Source: Mustelus asterias
Taxonomy: Eukaryota
Direction of reading: 5' to 3'
NCBI RefSeq assembly: GCF_964213995.1
Contig: NC_135830.1
Location: forward strand, 13,950,001-14,014,000
Length of the DNA: 64,000 bases
Part shown: in pieces, positions 60,006-64,000 of the stretch
How the letters are laid out: each line of letters begins with the position of its first letter
Numbering within the stretch: the first letter of the stretch is position 1
The notes under the pieces: generated by a model
The model's input: only the letters and a program-made list of their open reading frames with translations
Database searches by the model: none
What the model was told of the DNA's origin: nothing
Translations under genes and position numbers: made by a program

Positions 60006-61008
60006 AAACATAGAAACATAGAAAAACTACAGCACAAACAGGCCGTTCGGCCCACAAGTTGTGCCGAACACATCCCTATCTTCTAGACTTACCTATAACC
60101 CTCCATCCTATTACGCTCCATGTACTCATCCAGGAGTTTCTTAAAAGACCCATTGAGTTCGCCTCCACCACCACTGACGGCAGCCGATTCCACTCGCCCA
60201 CCACCGTCTGTGTGAAAAACTTACCCCTAACATCTCCCCTGTACCTACCCCCCAGCACCTTAAACCTGTGTCCTCTCGTAGCAGACATTTCCACCCTGGG
60301 AAAAAGCCTCTGAGAGTCCACCCGATCTATGCCTCTCAACATCTTATACACCTCTCATCCTTCGTCTCTCCAAGGAGAAAAGACGGAGCTCCCTCACCCT
60401 ATCCTCAGAAGGCATGCCACTCAATCAACACCCTTGTAAATCTCCTCTGCACCCTTTCAATCTTTTCCACATCCTTCCTATAGTGAGGCGACCAGAACTG
60501 AGCACAGTACTCCAAGTGGGGTCTGACGAGGGTCTTATATAGCTGCATCATTATCCCCGGACTCCTAAACTCAATCCCTCGATTGATAAAGGCCAGCACA
60601 CCATACGCCTTCTTAACCACTTCCTCCACCTGCGGGGCCGATTTTAGAGTCCTATGGACCCGGACTCCAAGGTCCTTCTAATCCTCTACCGCACTAAGAG
60701 TCTTTCCCTTTATATTGTACTCCTTCATCCCATTTGACCTACCATAATGGACCACGACGCATTTATCTGGGTTGAAGTCCATCTGCCACTTGTCCGCCCA
60801 GTCTTGCATCCTATCTATGTCCCTCTGTAACTTCTGACATCCCTCCAGACTATCTACAACCCCACCAACCTTCGTGTCGTCGGCAAACTTACCAACCCAT
60901 CCCTCCGCTTCCTCATCCAGGTCATTTATGAAAATGACAAACAGCAAGGATCCCAGAACAGATCCCTGGGGCACACCACTGGTGACCGACCTCCATTTAG
61001 AAAAAGAA
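60006..61008 (-). mobile_element. 5'-truncated CR1 LINE nested in an older CR1 fragment
   Basis: PQGSVLG and KFADDTK motifs; possible TSD aaagatag at 59998-60005 and 61009-61016. Confidence 0.9.
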
Positions 61009-61819
61009 AAAGATAGGTCTTAAATAAATGGTGAAGTGCGTGTAAGAAGAAGATAAAGGGACATAAATCGGGTAAATTAATTGGCAAAGCCCCGCCAAGT
61101 TGAGTATAATGTGGTAAATTGTGAAAACGTCCAATTTGGCAGGATGAATATAAAATACGTTTAATATTTAAACGGTGAAAGATTACAAATTCTGAGGTAC
61201 AGAGAGAAGGCCAGCTTCTGACAACTATATGCATCCGTGTAATACTGCACACAGGTCCGAAACTCTAGACACACTGAGCTAAATGTCAGAATGTCAAAAT
61301 GCTAACTGTGATCAGCTAAAAGTCTTCTTTTTAGTGGAATCAACATCGCTTCTCATCCAAATGGTAATGTGTTCAACTCCCATAACAGATGCCTGAATTT
61401 ATGATTCAACCTTTGGTCCTGTGCTCAAGGAGAGTGGTAGTTTCAGTTGTTCCACTTTAGATGTGATGATATTCCTCGAGGTAGTATAGCATATAGTATA
61501 GTATATAATTACTAAATTCGTAATCCACAATCTTGAAACAATGCTCTGGAGATAGGAGTTCAAATTCTACCCGAGTTGCTGGGGAATTTCAATTCAATTC
61601 ATTGAAGAAGCTGAAACAAAAATCCTTATGCAATTAATATGAATGACAAAGGTGCCAACATTTCGTCAAATCTTTTCACTAATGTCCTTCAGGAGCGGGA
61701 ACTTTCCATTTTACTTAGAAAATATATAAAATTGCAAAATAATTAGCAAGTCTGAGGCTTGGAAGCCTTTTAGATTTCAACAAAAGAGGATGGGAAAAAT
61801 GACTGCGAGAAGGTCGAGC

Positions 61820-64000
61820 AAACTGTCGGCAGTACGAGGGTGCAGGGTACTGCTGCAATGGAGAAATCAAAGAGAAACGTAGTAGTAATTGGGGATAGTG
61901 TAGTTAAGGGCATAGACACTGTTCTCTGTGACCAGGATAAGGAATACCGGAGGTTGTGTTGCCTGCCTGGTGCTCGGGTCCAGGATGTATCATCTGGGCT
62001 GCAGAGAAATTTGGAGTGGGAGAGTCAAAATCCAGTTGTCGTGGTCCATGTAGGTGCCAATGACATAGACAAAACAGGAACTAAGGATCTGCAGAGGGAG
62101 TACGAAGAGCTTGGGAACAAATTAAAAGCAGAACCAACAAGGTGGTAATCTCTGGATTACTACCTGAGCCACGCGCGAATTGGCGCAGGGTTAATAGGAT
62201 TAAGAAGACGAATGCATTGCTCAAGGATTGGAGTGGAAGGAATGGTTTCGAATTCATGTGGCATTGGCACCAGTATTTGGGCAGATGGGACCTGTATAGA
62301 TGGGAGGGTCTCCGTTTGAACCGTGCTGGGACCAGAGTCCTAGCGCATCGTATCACGAGGGCTGTAGATAGGGCTTTAAATTAATTTATGGGGGGAGGGT
62401 GCAGAGGTCAGAGGAATTACGAAATCAATGGTAGAGGAGAGGGAGCGAGTGCAAGTGAATGAGGGCATTCAAGTAGTTAAAGGAGGAGAGGGCGAGGGAG
62501 AGGTTGATAGCATTTCATCAAATCGGGTCCAGATAAAAGCTGGAATAAAGACACTTTGCCTGAATGCACGAAGCATTCGGAACAAAGTTAATGAGTTGAT
62601 GGTGCAAATCAGCACAAATGAGTATGATCTAGTGGCCATTACAGAAACGTGGCTGCATGGAGACCAGGACTGGGAGATGAATATCCAGGGGTATCAGGCA
62701 TTTAGGAAGAATAGACAGGAAGGAAAAGGTGGTGGGGTAGCTCTGTTAATAAAAGATAATATCAGGGTAGAAGTGAGGGATGACATAGGCTCGAAGGAAC
62801 AAAACGTGGAATCGTTATGGGTAGAGATAAGGAATAGTAGGGGGAGAAAGACACTAGTAGGCGTGGTCTATAGGCCCCCAAATAACAATGTTGAGGTGGG
62901 AAGGCTATAAACAAGCAAATAATGGATGCGAAAACGGAACGGCAATAATCATGGGGGACTTCAACCTGCATATCAAGTTGGAAGGGGTGGGATGGAGGAA
63001 GAGTTCTTAGAATGCTGTCGGGATAGTTACCTTGAACAGTATGTTACAGAACCGACGAGGGAACGAGTTATCTTAGATCTGGTAATGTGTAACGAGGTAG
63101 GTAGAATTAAGGATGTTTTTGTGAAGGACCCTCTTGGGTCAAGTGATCACAATATGGTCGAATTGCTGATACAAATGGAAGAGGAGAAAGTAGACTCCCA
63201 TACCAGTGTCCTCTGTTTGAACAGAGGGAAGTACGATAGGATGAGGGCTGAATTGGCTAAGGTGGACTGGGAGAGCAGCTGGTAGGTAGGACAGCTGAGG
63301 AACAGTGGAGGATTTTTAAGGAGATCCTTTTCAGTACTCAGCAACAATATACTCCGGTGATAAAGAAGGACTGTCAGGAAAGGGACAACCAGCCGTGGAT
63401 AACGAAGGAAATTAAGGAAAGTATTAAATTAAAGACCGATGCGTACAGAGTGACCAAAAATAGTGAAGAATCGGAAGATTGGGAAAACTTTAAGAAACAA
63501 CAAAGAACGACTAAGAAAGCGATAAAGAAAGGAAAGATAGGTTATGAAGCCAGGCTAGCTCTAAATATAAAAAATGATAGTAAAAGCTTTACAAATATAT
63601 AAAAAGGAATAGAGTGGCAAGAGTGAATGTTGGACCGTTGGAAGACGAGAGGGGGGATTGAATAGTGGGAAATGAGGAAATGGCTGAAACTTTAAATAAG
63701 TTTTTTGTGTCGGTCTTCATGGTGGAAGACACAAATAGTTTACCGAATATTAACGATAGAGGGTTGGTAGGAGGAGAGGTACTCAATACAATTAATGTTA
63801 CCAGGGAGGCAGTGCTTGGTAGACTAACGGGACTGAAGGTGCACAAGTCACCGGGCCCGGATGGAATGCATCCCAGGGTACTGAAAGAAATGTCAGAGGT
63901 AATAACGGATGCGTTAGTGGTTATTTGTCAAAATTCGTTGGATTTTGGGGTAGTGCCGGCGGATTGGAAAACGGCTAATGTTACGCCACTGTTTAAGAAA
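61820..64000 (+). mobile_element. CR1 LINE 5' half: ORF1 SGNH esterase and ORF2 APE endonuclease, frameshifted, continuing past the window
   Basis: VVVIGDS, CCLPGARVQDV, VHVGAND (ORF1); LNARSI, AITETWL, GGGVAL, VYRPP, LDLV, SDH (endonuclease). Confidence 0.92.

Noticed and set aside
61346-61355. atcgcttctc matching the U2 5' end
   Set aside because: Only 10 nt with no continuation; consistent with chance.

Overview
This is vertebrate genomic DNA, almost certainly from an elasmobranch (shark), judged by its HE1-type and SacSINE1-type SINEs, dense CR1 LINEs and Penelope elements. It is not prokaryotic, and most short ORFs in the track are shadow frames of repeats. Positions 1 to ~52.5 kb hold a cluster of C2H2 zinc-finger genes with one coding exon each and no visible KRAB domain: four with open arrays, five disrupted or truncated, and one cut by the window edge. 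They are arranged as four head-to-head pairs around CpG-rich bidirectional promoters. From ~52.7 kb the window switches to a T-cell-receptor alpha/delta-type V region. It has one intact V segment (leader, intron, V exon, consensus 23-RSS), one V pseudogene, an orphan RSS nonamer and several CTCF-like motifs. A degenerate intron-containing tRNA-Pro sits at the boundary. Interspersed elements include CR1, Rex1, RTE and Tx1 retroposons, two Penelope families with hammerhead-ribozyme pseudo-LTRs, and endogenous retrovirus relics. The most unusual items are: (1) a ~330-bp dimeric U2-snRNA-headed retroposon with a TSD and an A-to-G signature suggesting ADAR editing of its RNA template; (2) a V segment facing into the ZNF cluster with no D/J/C recognised in the 53 kb downstream; (3) the intron-bearing tRNA-Pro; (4) a Penelope insertion with a triplicated target site. 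Family names come from motif recognition only; no database search was run, and repeat boundaries are approximate unless a TSD is given.
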